Origin: Raja brachyura
Lineage: Eukaryota
Reading direction: 5' to 3'
Assembly (NCBI GenBank): GCA_963514005.1
Contig: OY740797.1
Location: 24,924,001 to 24,988,000, forward strand
Length of the DNA: 64,000 bases
Shown: positions 36,301-48,727 of the stretch, piece by piece
Numbering within the stretch: the first letter of the stretch is position 1
Layout: the number at the start of each line of letters is the position of its first letter
The notes under the pieces: generated by a model
Databases searched by the model: none
Told to the model about the DNA's origin: nothing
What the model saw: only the letters and a program-made list of their open reading frames with translations
Program-made: the position numbers and the translations under genes

Positions 36301-39052
36301 GGGAGAGATTGACCAGACTTTATCCCTTGTGCTACAGAAGGGTCACAGGGGTGATCTTATAGAAGTTCCTCGCAAGAGATGAGCGGATAGGGCAAACGCA
36401 CAGTATTTTGCTCAGTGTAGGGGAATGGTAAAACAGAGGGCAAACGCTTATGGGAGGATGGAAATATTTAATAGGAATCTGATAGGGCAACTTTTTTAGA
36501 CAAATCGTGGTGAGTATATGGAAGGAGATGCCAGAGGAGCTAGTTGAGCCAGGTGAAATAACAACGTGTAAATGATATCTGGACCGGCACATGGAGAGGA
36601 TAGGTTTAGAACGTCATGGGCGAATGGGTGTATGTGGGTCCACATGGGCAAGTTAGGCCGAAGTGCCTGTTTCCATATTGAATAACTATTTGATTCCATA
36701 AATGTTGGTGGGTGAACATTTAGGGACCAGTATCTGCAGTTCTATTTGCTTGAAAATAATTTTGAATACGCACAGGGCTGGTCCACAAGGTTGAAGTTCT
36801 AAGCCGTGCAAGGCCAACTTTGATGGTATTCGACAGGAATTTACAAACGTTTGGTGGCGCCTTGGAGCAGACACAACCATCTGAAGAAGAGTCCCGACCC
36901 GTAACATCACCTATCAATGTTCTGCAGAGATGCTGATTGATCAGCTGAATTACTACAGCACTTTGTATACTTTTGTCTCACAAATCTTCAGTCGAGCAGG
37001 TTGTTTGCGGCCAAAGCGGCTTCAAGTAAGTGAACTGCTCTTCAAAGTGCAATGGCGAGAGTCGCAAGCATGTATGTTCATGTTAAAGTAATGGGTAAGA
37101 CAAATGGGAGTAAAGAAGACCAGATGACGTGCAAATTTGAGTCTCTGGTCAGGAAAAAAGGAGGTGTGGGCTGTTGGGACGAAATGTATCCCCGAAGAAA
37201 TTTAGGGGATAGAGGAGCATAGTTAAGAAGCAAATCAAACGGGCAAGAACAGGCAATGGATAATTACAGCAGATAATATTAAGGAAAATATGAATACATT
37301 TCTGGAGTACATAAAGGGGAAAAGGGTAATTAGACAGTGAGATAAAATCCGCTGTAACCTGTGACAGCCTTTCCTCCAACTCCAGCAATGTTATTAAAGG
37401 TATATCGACAATTAGGCAGATCCATTTACATTTTAGCCAGATTCGCCTTCGGAAAATTCAAATTTGTCACTTTTTACTGTTTGCTTTGCACAAACATTGA
37501 AATTATTTGTAGATTTCTGTGCTTACAATGTATTACATCAGATTCAATGGAGAGGGATTTTCCGGAGCTTCGATTTTTATATGTATCCTATGCTTTTCAA
37601 TCTTACAGGTATTCCAATCATCAATTGCCTCAGGATAATATGCGGGTTAGTAACTTTACTACTGCCTCTTGGCATTGCACTGCGTTGTATTGCAAGAAAA
37701 AATAAAGGTAAGAATAATTTAACACAATTAAACATTTTGTTCAGGGGGCTAAAGCTCCAGAAAGGGAAGCACATTAACTCTCTATTCTCGGGGAATATAC
37801 CTTATTCTATCTTATCATCATATTCGGCAAACATATTGGGGGCCGAGGGACCTGTTCCTGTGCTATGTATTAATGTTTTATGTTACAATGTGTAGCCTTC
37901 ATATTGCATCTAGGAAAATTAATTACCTTTCATGAAAGCATTCATATTCGCTATACCGCACATTTTTAAGTACACTAAAACCCTACTGTCACGTGCTGTT
38001 CCCCTCAGAACTGAAGATCTCGTCCAATTATGTATTCCCGAAAAAAGCTCTGACTAGAATTAAATGACTGACGATATCAGCATATTAATATCGATTATGG
38101 ATATAGCCATGTCTTTGCAGATGATCGACTCAATCGACCTATATTAACCACCAATGAACCGCTTGTGAACCGTTTTTTTCGGGTGACAAAATGCAATTTT
38201 TGTAACTTGATAACTGATTAATATTATTAATTTACCAGGTACCCAAAGGGAAGGCGGAATATATGATATTAAAGGTATGTACTCAAAATCCATGGAATTA
38301 TTTTTGAAATATAATATAATATATTATACAAAATTAGCAGTAGAGCCGTTTGAACAAAAATGCAGCATTGTCTTAAAAAGAACCATCGCAAGTCTGCGAT
38401 GTATTTAATTGCCTTCAGAGTAATCTGAAGAAACATTTCACATTTACATCCCCATGGAAGAAGTTAAGTTGAAATATCTGCCTTTGCCTTCCATACAACA
38501 GAAATTGGTTAGCAGGGTTACTGCTACCAATACCTCTAGGTACCAGCCGTTCAAAGTGTTTTGTCCGTTAACACGAATGCTGGATGAAAACCCATCTTGC
38601 CAAGCTGATAAAATGAAAATCACTTCTAAAAAAAATCGTACCTGCTGTCAACAGAATGCCTAAGGTCTATTGAATGCTCTTACCTCCAGAGCAAAATCAT
38701 GAATGCCTACCACGGATCCATATTTGCCATTTTTGCCTGGCACGCACTGCATGCCCAGTATTTACCCTGTCAAGCACCGAAGACAGCAGTAGGATGTCAA
38801 ATTCGTACAGGATCAAGCTGCCCTCTATTCCTGCGTAAAGCGAAACACCAGGGGCACCCGCAGTCATTTCAGTGGACCTTCGTTGAACTGTGCCGTGTAA
38901 CAGTAACATAGTATTCCTTTCTTTAAGTAAGCGCATAGAAACAGACGACGTTTTTAGTTGTAGTTCAAATAACGCTTTGTAAATTTGAAGTAAGAGTTAT
39001 ATATATACTTGCAGCATCACCCCCAGAAGATGACAGGCCAATGCCGCTGTAG
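30268..39052 (+). CDS. Gene B: activating-type VJ-C1 Ig-superfamily receptor with TM arginine (short-tail model, 284 aa)
   Basis: join(30268-30322,30490-30810,32065-32370,37609-37707,38239-38274,39015-39052) = 855 nt, open, all GT-AG and phase 1. The last exon is the least certain part; see the alternative ITIM exon at 41336. Confidence 0.75.
30490..30810 (+). CDS. Gene B exon 2, Ig V-set (VJ-type) domain
   Basis: ctgctacag| [13 protein letters not shown]...TLYC...IYWWK...[18 protein letters not shown]...[10 protein letters not shown] |GTATGT; 321 nt. Confidence 0.94.
32065..32370 (+). CDS. Gene B exon 3, Ig C1-set domain
   Basis: tttgcag| VPPAQLRIS...[21 protein letters not shown]...GLYEVSSHL...[11 protein letters not shown]...SKT |GTAACG. 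It is 306 nt, the same length as the gene A C1 exon. Confidence 0.94.
35512..35853. mobile_element. MITE with about 40-bp TIRs (PIF/Harbinger-like)
   Basis: tgtcccacggtacgagttcattccaaga... versus ...tcttgaaatgaactcgtaccgtggggca, with an internal 26-bp tandem duplication. Confidence 0.7.
35880..36680 (+). mobile_element. CR1 LINE 3' fragment in gene B intron 3
   Basis: Typical RT C-terminal and 3'UTR remnants. Confidence 0.75.
37609..37707 (+). CDS. Gene B exon 4, transmembrane segment with N-x-x-R motif
   Basis: tcttacag| [33 protein letters not shown] |GTAAGA; 99 nt, phase 1-1, with a basic stop-transfer end. Confidence 0.85.
38239..38274 (+). CDS. Gene B exon 5, cytoplasmic mini-exon [12 protein letters not shown]
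   Basis: tttaccag| ... AAAG|GTATGT; 36 nt, phase 1-1. Confidence 0.7.
39015..39052 (+). CDS. Gene B candidate short terminal exon [12 protein letters not shown]
   Basis: acttgcag| phase-1 acceptor; TAG at 39050-39052. Confidence 0.5.
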
Positions 39053-39753
39053 CATAGCCTGACAAAAACTTGGAAACAGAAGTTGAATTTTGATATGAAA
39101 TGAAATGAAAAAACGGGTACTCGATTACTTTTGTTCCATCAGTTGGCTGTAATATGCTTTTTTGCGCATTCTAAGATAAAGCAAATTAGACGATTTCGAG
39201 GAAAATAAAGGTAATTTACAGGTTAGGAAACCTTTCCCCGCCATCCCCACACTGCGAGTTATTTAGCTAATCAAATCTAACTTGCTTTCTTGAGTACCGT
39301 TGGAACAGCTGAAGTGATAAACATCGTGCCGATAGGTTACTGGCATTGGAACTATTCATGTAATGAGCCTGATAGTTTCGTTCTGCGCAAGAATCAATGT
39401 GCCATTGTTTAGAAGATGTATACTTTCCTAGTCTATGCAATATGTAGGTGAAGCGATTGTGTCTTATTTTAGTTTAGTTTAGTTTAGTTTGGTTTAGAGA
39501 TACAATGCGGCAACTGGGCCTTCGGCCCACCGAGTCCATGCCGACCTGCAAACAACATTCCAGCACAACTACTATATCCTACATAAACTAGGATTTTTGT
39601 TTACAATTATACCAAACCAATTAATCTACAAACCTGTACGCCGTTGGAATGTGGGGGGGGGGGGGGGGTGGCGTCTCCGGCGCTATGAGGCAGCAACTCT
39701 CACGCTGCGCCAACTTGTCGCCCCTAATCTGCGCTAAATCTGAGCAAATCCAG

Positions 39754-39788
39754 GAAAATTCCAATGCCGGTGCGTGAAAAAAGGACAG
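39754..39788 (+). CDS. Gene B candidate phase 1-to-0 bridging exon GKFQCRCVKKGQ
   Basis: atccag| ... CAG|GTATAT, 35 nt. The polypyrimidine tract is weak and a SINE lies just upstream. It matches the phase-switch exon seen in genes A and C. Confidence 0.3.
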
Positions 39789-40877
39789 GTATATATATAT
39801 GAATTCAGGTTAGATATCAGTACCTCCACCTTTCGGCATGCTCCGTCGTTGAATGTGACTATTGGCCTGATCTCTGCATTTATCACTGTCAACCTAACGA
39901 TTGGCGGCTTTACTTACCTAATATATATTTCATCTCCTGATAGAAAATATAAAAGGGAGGGAAAAAAGTCAAATTCTTGCGTCTGCGCATAATGTATCAA
40001 AAATATTTATATGGCAAAGTTAGACACAAAATGCTAGAGAAACTCAGCGGGTTAGATAGCATCTCTGGAGAGAGTGGATAGGTAACATTTCTGGTCGGGA
40101 CCTTTCTTCAGATTGAATGCAGCAGGGAGAGTAGAGGGGGAAATTTGAAAGCGAAGAAAATTAGGAAAAATCGGGGCCCGCATCAAATGACCTCAGGTAA
40201 AGTGGTTCCACGATGGGCAGACTGTTGGCCAGGGACAGGTGTGAATCCAAGAGGGATTCATAGTTGCGAAATGCCGAATTAGTTAACCAGCTTTTTGTAG
40301 AGGACGAGGGATGGGTAGGACGGGAGGTGCAGCGAGGTCACCTAACATTGGAGAGTTCAACGTTCATACCATTGGGCAGCACAAACGAAACCTCCAATTC
40401 CGCACTAACCCCTCCCCCCCCCCCCCCCCCCCCCCCCCCGCCACCACATACACACACACACACACACACACACGCACAATCATCATCATCGGCGGTCACT
40501 GGAAATGAGTATGACTGTTCTCTTTTAGCGTTGACGCCTGTGCGTTACTTTGTTTAACGTGGGGAGACTGGTGCACAGACAGCCACCACACGGATCTTGA
40601 CAATTCTGGGTGAGGATCCTGCGGCATGGAGTCCAAGACGACCGGAGACCCTTTACTGCTGCAGGCTTCATGCGCCTTACCAGCCGTTGTGACGCTCCAC
40701 TAAATTCAACCATCATCCTCTGCCTGTTCCACCGTTGAGGTCTTGGTTGGATTGCTCTTTCAGTCAGGGACCTCCCCCTCGACCTTGCCGCCATGGGTGG
40801 CCCTACCAACAGCATAGCTGCAGACGGCATCGCTCCCAGGATCTCAGGACCACACAATCTTCTCCACTACAGCAAGG

Positions 40878-41083
40878 NNNNNNNNNNNNNNNNNNNNNNN
40901 NNNNNNNNNNNNNNNNNNNNNNNNNNNNNNNNNNNNNNNNNNNNNNNNNNNNNNNNNNNNNNNNNNNNNNNNNNNNNNNNNNNNNNNNNNNNNNNNNNNN
41001 NNNNNNNNNNNNNNNNNNNNNNNNNNNNNNNNNNNNNNNNNNNNNNNNNNNNNNNNNNNNNNNNNNNNNNNNNNNNNNNNNNN
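40878..41083. other. Assembly gap (206 N)
   Basis: Run of n. Confidence 1.
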
Positions 41084-41335
41084 CAAAATAAAGAAGGGTC
41101 CCGACCCCAAAATCACCTATGCATTTTCGTCAGAGATGCTGCCTTACCCGCTGACTCACACCAGCACTTTGTGTCTGTCTTTGGTATAAACCAGTATCTG
41201 TCGTTCATTTTTATTACATTTACTCGGCAGCCTGTTATAATAATTTCTGATCCTGCATTGCTTTCGTGTCTGCATGAGATTTAAAGCAACTTACAACATG
41301 AACTAATGTTCTTCCCCCTAATTTTCATCCCGCAG

Positions 41336-41452
41336 ACCAAGCAGAAACCGATGCATGCTAAAGTGATCTACGCTCCGCTCGTTACGGCAGGAAACAAGAA
41401 AAGAGAGCAAACAATTGTACGGATAATGCCACTGACAACTAACAGCCAATAA
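41336..41452 (+). CDS. Gene B downstream (alternative or relic) terminal exon with ITIM VIYAPL
   Basis: Strong acceptor cttccccctaattttcatcccgcag|. Phase-0 translation is TKQKPMHAKVIYAPLVTAGNKKREQTIVRIMPLTTNSQ*; the motif sits at a similar position to LTYATL in the gene C terminal exon. Confidence 0.6.
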   Translation, partial: TKQKPMHAKVIYAPLVTAGNKKREQTIVRIMPLTTNSQ

Positions 41453-42214
41453 AGCAGAAGCGAGGTGCAGATATTATCTGTTCAGAATGGAATCCCGTAG
41501 TGTCCGTGCTCCAAGTGTCTTGTTATTTGTGTAATTACTTATCAGCTCGTCCATTCTCTGACAAAAAGCTGCACCAGCCCTCAGAGAAAGTGCGAGATGT
41601 ACTATTTTACAAACATGAAGCACTTATTTTACGTTAAAACTTCTAACCAACTGAGCCCTTCACCTTCAACACTTGGGGCGAAATGGGTTGCAACTAATTG
41701 CCCAAGTTTTGTTCAAGTAAGATTCGGTGTTCATGTGTTTGACAACTGCGATCTTTGTCTTTGAACACGTTTTGTAAATGTAGGCTACTAAATTATGATT
41801 TCAACCCGAAAGAAAAAGACCCATGCAAAATGCATAGCGTTTAGAGGGGATCCAAAGTGACTTTACTCCGACAGAGATTGCTTGGCATTTGGAATACACT
41901 GCCGGACGAGTGGAGTAATGTACCCTTGCAACATTTATGACGCGTCCTTACAAGCACCGGGATTTCAAAGATATAAGAGACCACGAAACGAGTGCTAGAA
42001 AACTAAATTAGGATGGATCAGTTCTTGATGGTCCGCATGTCAATATATGCCGAAAGGTCTGCTTCTACGCTGCACCGCTCTGCGACTCAATGAAACGCGC
42101 AGACTGACAGCATCATAATCTCCATAGAAACAAAGCGTCGTGCGTCATGGAGTTAGGGCTTGAGACAAACTCGTCCACATAGAACAGTGAGCACCCATCC
42201 GTACTAACAAGTCT

Positions 42215-43470
42215 GAAATTGAAAGATCCCTTCAATCAGATCTTACGTCTGTTCAGAAATGGCTATTATCTAACAAATTAATTTTAAATAAAAATAAATC
42301 ATGCAGTATGTTATTTGGTACCAGACAAGGCCTTGGTAATTCTGTAGATCTGACTATATCATTTAATGAAGGATCACCATTAGAACAAGTATTGAACTTC
42401 AAATATCTTGGCGTTTGGCTCGACCCAACACTTTCATTTACGCAGCATATTGAGACGATTACTAACAAACTCAGCTGTAATCTAGCTATTCTTTACCGCC
42501 ATATAAATTGTTTCACCTTTCAGACGAGAAAAATAATTGTCTCTCTACTACTACTACCAATACTGGAGTATGCTGATATTGTATATCAGAATACATTTGA
42601 TACACATCTTCAACCCCTCAATGTAGTTTATAATAGTCTCTGCAGATTTATTTTAAGGTGTCCATATCTAACTCACCACTGTTCTATGTACGAAACTCTA
42701 AACTGGTTACCCCCCCACGCTCGAAGATGCTACCACTGGTTCCAGTTCATCTTTAAATGCATCCATTTCAATTACCCTTCTTATTTAAAACAAGACCTAT
42801 TACCATACACACACTCATATTCACTAAGACATATTCAGCAACCCTTCTTTTTCATTCCAAGAACTAACAAAGAAATTGGGAGACGTGCATTTAAATTCAA
42901 AGCTCCCTCTGACTGGAACACTCTGCCTAGTACCATAAGAACTATTAGCTCTGAAGAACCAGTCTGAAGAATGGTCTCGACCCGAAACGTCGCCTATCTC
43001 CTTCGCTCCTTAGATGCTGCTGCACCCGCTGAGTTTCTCCAGCTTTTTGTGTAACCCTCGATTCTCCAGCATCTGCAGTTCCTTCTTTAACAGAACTATT
43101 AGCTAATTTCGTCTATTTAAAAATACACTTTTACCATTACTTATAAAACCATGTACCTGTTTCTAGTATTAGAGTCTTCGAGCTCCTTTATCTAACTTGC
43201 TCTGTGTGTGATCATTTGTCATAGCTATTGTATATGCATGGCGAGTACACTTATGTATTATTGTATTGCATAGTATAACAAGATCTTATATTGTATTATG
43301 TCACAATACTATGAAATAATATGGGGCTGGAGGGGTTTTGGGATTGGTGTGTGGGTAGGTGGGTCAATGAGAGCCTCTATGTATGTTATGTCTTGTGCTG
43401 TATGTTCTATGTTGGACCCCCTCGAAAACGAGATGACTGGCCATCTCAAGGGGTTATCCATGAATAAAAT
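42215..43470 (+). mobile_element. L2/Crack-like LINE 3' end with 219-codon open RT C-terminus, interrupted by a Penelope-like insertion
   Basis: FKYLGVWLD, LLPILEYADIVY and GRRAFKFKAPSDWNTLP peptides; 3' stem-loop-like end with AATAAA at about 43463. Confidence 0.75.
42951..43091 (+). mobile_element. Penelope-like terminal fragment with 13-bp TSD
   Basis: AGAACTATTAGCT at 42938-42950 and 43092-43104. Confidence 0.8.
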
Positions 43471-45810
43471 TTATTAGGGTCATCTCTCATCACCTGCCCA
43501 ATTTTCCTATCTCGAGCTGTTCACAAGTAACTTGAATCGGGTATATTACTTTATTGATGTATACTTCGGTCTTGGGTGTAGTCCGTTTTATTTTATGCAA
43601 TGGAAAATCGGGATTGCACAGTGACCAAACTGCACAGCAAAGCTGAAAGGCAGCTTTAATTGATATATTATGCATAAAAGCAGCATTTCGGCGTAATCAT
43701 TTGACTCCAAAAAGTCGATATTCTACTCAGAAACGTAGGAAGGGCGACAAACAACTATATTTTAAGCATAGTAACTATTAAGACTGAGTGCAATATTCCA
43801 GGTCCTTGCAATAATGGAGTTCCTAGATGGCAGGACGGGCATGACGGGCAGTAGAAATTGAAAAAGTGAAATGTCACGCCCCCCAGATCTAACGACATGC
43901 TGGTTGACATTGTAGTTCAATGCGATTTTTCTTTCCGGTCTCCACAACCTTGATTCGGCAGTATCTAATTGTCCAATGATTTCACCTTTAACGGTATTCA
44001 GCGACTGACGATCCACAGCACTCTGACGTTGAAATCTCAAAAGATACCGAATCGTGTAATACGCTCGGAGAAATGTTCTGAACTCTGCCTTTAACAGCTA
44101 TCTCTTTGTCGCAAAGCTATATTCCTTGCTCTTAATTAAGAGGAACGGCATTAATTTAGATATACTATATTTAAAAGAAACCTGCAGAAAAGTTACCAGA
44201 ATAGCCCAACCGGATAGAACATTTGCACCACTGCTCGGCGTCAGCGGGACCTGCTACTTTTCTTTGTTATTTTATTTGTGATCAACGTTCCGAGATAACA
44301 AATCACGTTTGTCAATTGATTGCACAGCCGGAAAACCTAACTGAATATGGATATTTTCCTTTTCCCATTAAACTTACACGTTCACGTTCTGTAAAATAAT
44401 ATGCACTTCCAAGCGTGTGTTTACCGCATTCTTTCCAGTCACTTTGCAATCGCTGAATGTTTGAAGTGCACGGAGAGATTAAAAACAAACATGATCAGAA
44501 ATAGAAATATTGTACATCATATTAATAAAAATCGAAACGGTCAGGGACCAGTCCGTCTTGACCGGGTTGGGAAAAAATAAACATAGTTTAGTTTAGTTTC
44601 ATATTCTAACGTGCGCTGGGGTATATTGGAAAGTATTTTGTTGCATGCTATCAGTCAAAGACTATACATCATTACTATCAAGCCGTCCACAGTGTACCAT
44701 AAAGGATAATAGCCTTCAAATATCATTAAATGGGAAGGGCTGGAGCTTCGGGATTGCGAAATCTATAATATTGTAATGGTCGGTGTGCACGTAATAAATG
44801 CTCCGCGTGTATGGATGGATCCCTAAAATCGGAAGTAAACCAAGCATATCATTTTCATGGCCTTATTTCAGAACAGCAGGAGGGTCGAGAAGTTGCAGGT
44901 GTTCATGCAAGTACTGAAGCAGAGAATAGGAAGTGGAGGGGTAAAGGACTATAACAGAGACTGGCGATAGGGTGTATGGCCAAGCGAAAGACAAGCAACT
45001 GATAATAATATGATCATAATATGATAATAATAATAATACTCTCTTCCTTTCTTCTCCCCCCCCCCCCCCCCTCGCCCCCTCCCCCCCCCCCCCCCCACCC
45101 CCGCTTACAGTACATCGGCCTCCCCACCCTGCATCAGTCTGAAGAAGGGTTTCGGCCCGAAACGTTGCCTATTTCCTTCGCACCATAGATGCTACCGCAG
45201 CCGCTGAGTTTCTCCAGCACTTTTGTCTACCTCCCATCTCCATCCCTTTCTACCATGTGCAGAGACTGTTCCCTTTGCAACCCATTGGTTGAAGCAATAA
45301 AGGTAGAGTTCCCCTGTTCCTTACCTTTCACTCTACTAGCCTCCGCATCCACCACATAATTATCCTACATTTCCGGCATCTCTGATGTGATCACAACAGC
45401 AGTCATATCTTACCATCCCCACCCACTCTGCGTTTGCCGAGATCACTCCTTCTACAATTCCATGGTTTGTTCATCCCTTCCCACCCAAATCATATAGAGG
45501 TTGGGAGGGCTTGTTACAGTTACGCATGACATTGGTGTGGAAAACGCTCATAGTATTGTGTTCTGTTTTGGTCGCTCTGTTGCAGGAAATATGCTATTAA
45601 GATGGAATGGTTGCAGAGAAGTGTTACGAGGATGTTGCCAGGACACAATGTCCGGGCTATAGAGAAATTGAGCAGGCTAGAAATGTATTCCTTGGTGCAG
45701 AAGAATGAGGGGTGATCTTATAGAGGTTACAAGATCATGAGTGGAATATGGTACTTTTACCCAGAGATGGGGAATCGACAAGCACCTGTCTGTATTTTCG
45801 ATGGGACATA

Positions 45811-46364
45811 TCTATCTATCTGAATATTAATAAAACCATCATCTTGACCACTACCTATCTGTGTTGTAATTCAGTTTGCGCAAAAACGATCCCGCATAGC
45901 GCTACGATTTTCGCCGCCTTACTCACCATTCTCCTCTGCTGCAAGTCAAATAAGTTTTGTTCCGATTTGTTCAATAGCACAAAGGTTATGAAGGTTTTGA
46001 AGGTTCCCCCTCCCCCACACCCGCCGATCCCCCACACCTCCCCCATGCCCACGCTCCGCCACAGCCCCCCACAAAAATCCCACACCACCCTCCTTCCCCA
46101 CTCCCCCCTCCCCCACACCCCCCCTCCCCACACTTCCCTCCCCCACACCCCCTCCCTCTCCCACACACCCCTCCCCCTCCCCCACAACCTCCTCCCCCAC
46201 ACCCCGCTCCCATTCACACCCAATCCCCCACACCCCCCCTCCCCCATCCCCCACACACCCACCTCTCCCCCAAACTCCCTCCTCCACACCGCTCCCTCCC
46301 ACACCCCTCCCCGCCCTGCCTCCCCCACACCCCCTCCCCCAAACCGCAGTTGAGCTACCACTAG
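45811..46364 (+). mobile_element. Possible non-autonomous Helitron-like element containing a C-rich minisatellite
   Basis: TC start and CTAG end between A and T. (ccccacac)-type repeats span 46008-46345. Confidence 0.4.
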
Positions 46365-46839
46365 TTTAGTGGTAGCTCAATTTCATCGACGCAATGAACA
46401 GTAGGGCTAACGTACAACTGGGACTGTTTAACGGCTTTGTCTGGCTTTAGCTGATTTACCTCTGGCGAGTGCATGACTATGTTCAAAGGGATCTGGAGAG
46501 TACAGCAGCCATTCGCTAGACATTCGCCAGACATAACCTCTGTTATAAATAGACGTTAAGAGTGATGGGTTTATTCACAGTGGAACGTTTAGTTTATTTT
46601 AACTTAGTTTATTGCCACGTATACCGAGGTACAATTAACATCTTTTCTGTCGCGTGCTAGTCAATTAACAGAAATACTTATAATCAAGCCTCCCACAGTG
46701 TACAGATACAGGATAAGGGGAGTAAAGTTTAGTGCAAGTCCAGTACAGTCCGATTAAAGATAGTCGGAGGGTCACCAATGAGGTAGATGATTGCACAGGG
46801 CCGCTCGCTAGTTGGTGATAGGATTGTCTAGTTGCCTCA

Positions 46840-47937
46840 TAGAGTCATAGAGAGTCATAGAGTGATACATTGTGGAAACAGGCCCTTCGGCCCAACTTGC
46901 CCATGCCGGCCAACATGTCCCACCTACACTAGTCCCATCTGCCTGTGCTTGGTCCATATCCCCCCAAACCTGTCCAATCCATGTACCTGTCTAACTGTAT
47001 TTTAAACGATGGGATAGCCCCAGCCTCAACTACTTCCTCTGCCAGCTTGTTCCATACACCCGCCATCTTTTGTGTGAAAAGGTTATACCTCGGATTCCTA
47101 TTCAATATTTTCCCCTTCACCTTGAACCTATGTACTCTAGTTCTCGATTCCCCTACTCAGTGCAAGAGAGTCTGTGCATCTACCCGATCTATTCCTCTCA
47201 TGATGTTGTACACCTCTATAAGATCACCCCTCACCCTCCTGCACTCCAAGGAATTGAGACCCAGCCTACTCAACCTCTCCCTATTGCTCACGCCATGTAG
47301 TCCTGGCAATATCATCATAAATCTTCTAGGAACCCTTTCAAGCTCGACAATATCTTTCCTACAATATGGTGCCCAGGACTGAACACAATATTCTAAATGC
47401 GGTCTCACCTACGTCTTATACAACTATAACATAACCTCCCAACTTAAAGTCTTGACTTGAAATGTCGCCCATTCCTTCTCTCCATAGATACTGCCTGTCC
47501 CGTTGAGTTACTCCAGTTTTTTGGTTTCTATCTTCGGTTTAAACCAGTATCTGCAGCTCCTTTTTACACACCTCTCAACTTCTATACTCAATACTCAGAC
47601 TGATGAAGGCCAAAGTGCGAAAAGCTTATTTCACCACAATATCTACCTGCGACTCGACCTTCAGGGAACCATGCACCCGCACTCCTAGATCATTCTGCTC
47701 TACAACACTCTTCAGAGGCCAACCAATTACTGTGAGGTCCTGCCCTTGTTAGACGTCCCAAAATGCAACACCTCTCATTTCTCCGTATTAAATTCCAACA
47801 ACCATTCCCCAGCCCACATGGTCAATCGATCCAGATCCTACTGCAATCTTTCGCAACCATCTTTACTATCTGCAAAACCACTCACTTTTGTATCATCAGC
47901 AAATGTGCTAATCATGCCCTGTATGTCCTCATCCAAA
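46840..47937 (-). mobile_element. CR1 LINE 3' end (with nested Penelope-like terminus)
   Basis: RPHLEYCVQSWAPY...RGDLIEVYNIMRGIDRVD; LFTQKMAGVWNKL. Confidence 0.85.
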
Positions 47938-48727
47938 GGACACGATAACAGCTGGGAAGAAACTGTCACTTGCTCTGGACGTATGCGTTTTCATACTCCT
48001 GTACCTCTTGCCTGGTGGGGGAGGTGGAGTGTCCGGGTTGAGACCCTGCCTTGATTATGCCGGTGACTTTGCGAGGCAGCGTGAAGTGTAGATGGAGTTA
48101 ATGGCAGGGAGATGGTTTGCGTGAAGGTTTGGGCTGGTCCACAATTCTCTGCTAACTTTTGCGGTGTTGGATGGAGCTATTCACAAACCAGCAGCGATAC
48201 ATCCCGATAAAATGCTTTCAACGTTGCATCTGTTCAGTTTTCTTAAAGTATGAGGAGTGCAGACAGGATAAATATTCAAAGTCTTTTTCTAAATATTGTG
48301 GAGAAATATTTGACTGACGAGCGTATGCTTAAGACGAATATGTACGCAGAATGTGGTCACGACCATGGACGAGCTGGGAAGGAGTTTGTGGAGGCAGACA
48401 CTAATACAGCCTTTCACTTACATTTCCACAGGTACTTAGATAGGTAAAACGTAGAGAGATAAGGTTCTTATACGGTTATCCAAGATTTGCGGTGAAAGGC
48501 GTTTATTGTGCAGAACAGCTCTATGATTGTAAGATTCTATGATCATTAATCGTTTTTTTCCGTTGACGTTAACAACAGTTATCACAGTTCATTACAATCC
48601 CCTGCCCCCTGCGCATTGTCTTGTAAATGATAATGTATCTGTGCGATCAGTGACACAATGTTAATCAGGTTTATGTAATTTAAATATTTTTGGTTTTAGA
48701 GTGAATGGACGTTTGCTGATTCCGCAG

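Noticed and set aside
38121-38182. Possible extra gene B exon ([21 protein letters not shown])
   Set aside because: The acceptor is plausible but the donor is weak, the exit phase is incompatible with exon 38239, and no paralog supports it.
40735-41284. ORFs containing X runs
   Set aside because: They span the N gap.
9761-41452. Interpretation as a rearranging or germline-joined Ig/TCR locus
   Set aside because: No RSS or separate D/J segments were seen, the TMs lack the conserved antigen-receptor pattern, and the genes have multi-exon tyrosine-motif tails.
45748-46361. Pro/His-rich and Gly-rich ORFs of 118-201 aa
   Set aside because: Translation artefacts of a C-rich minisatellite.
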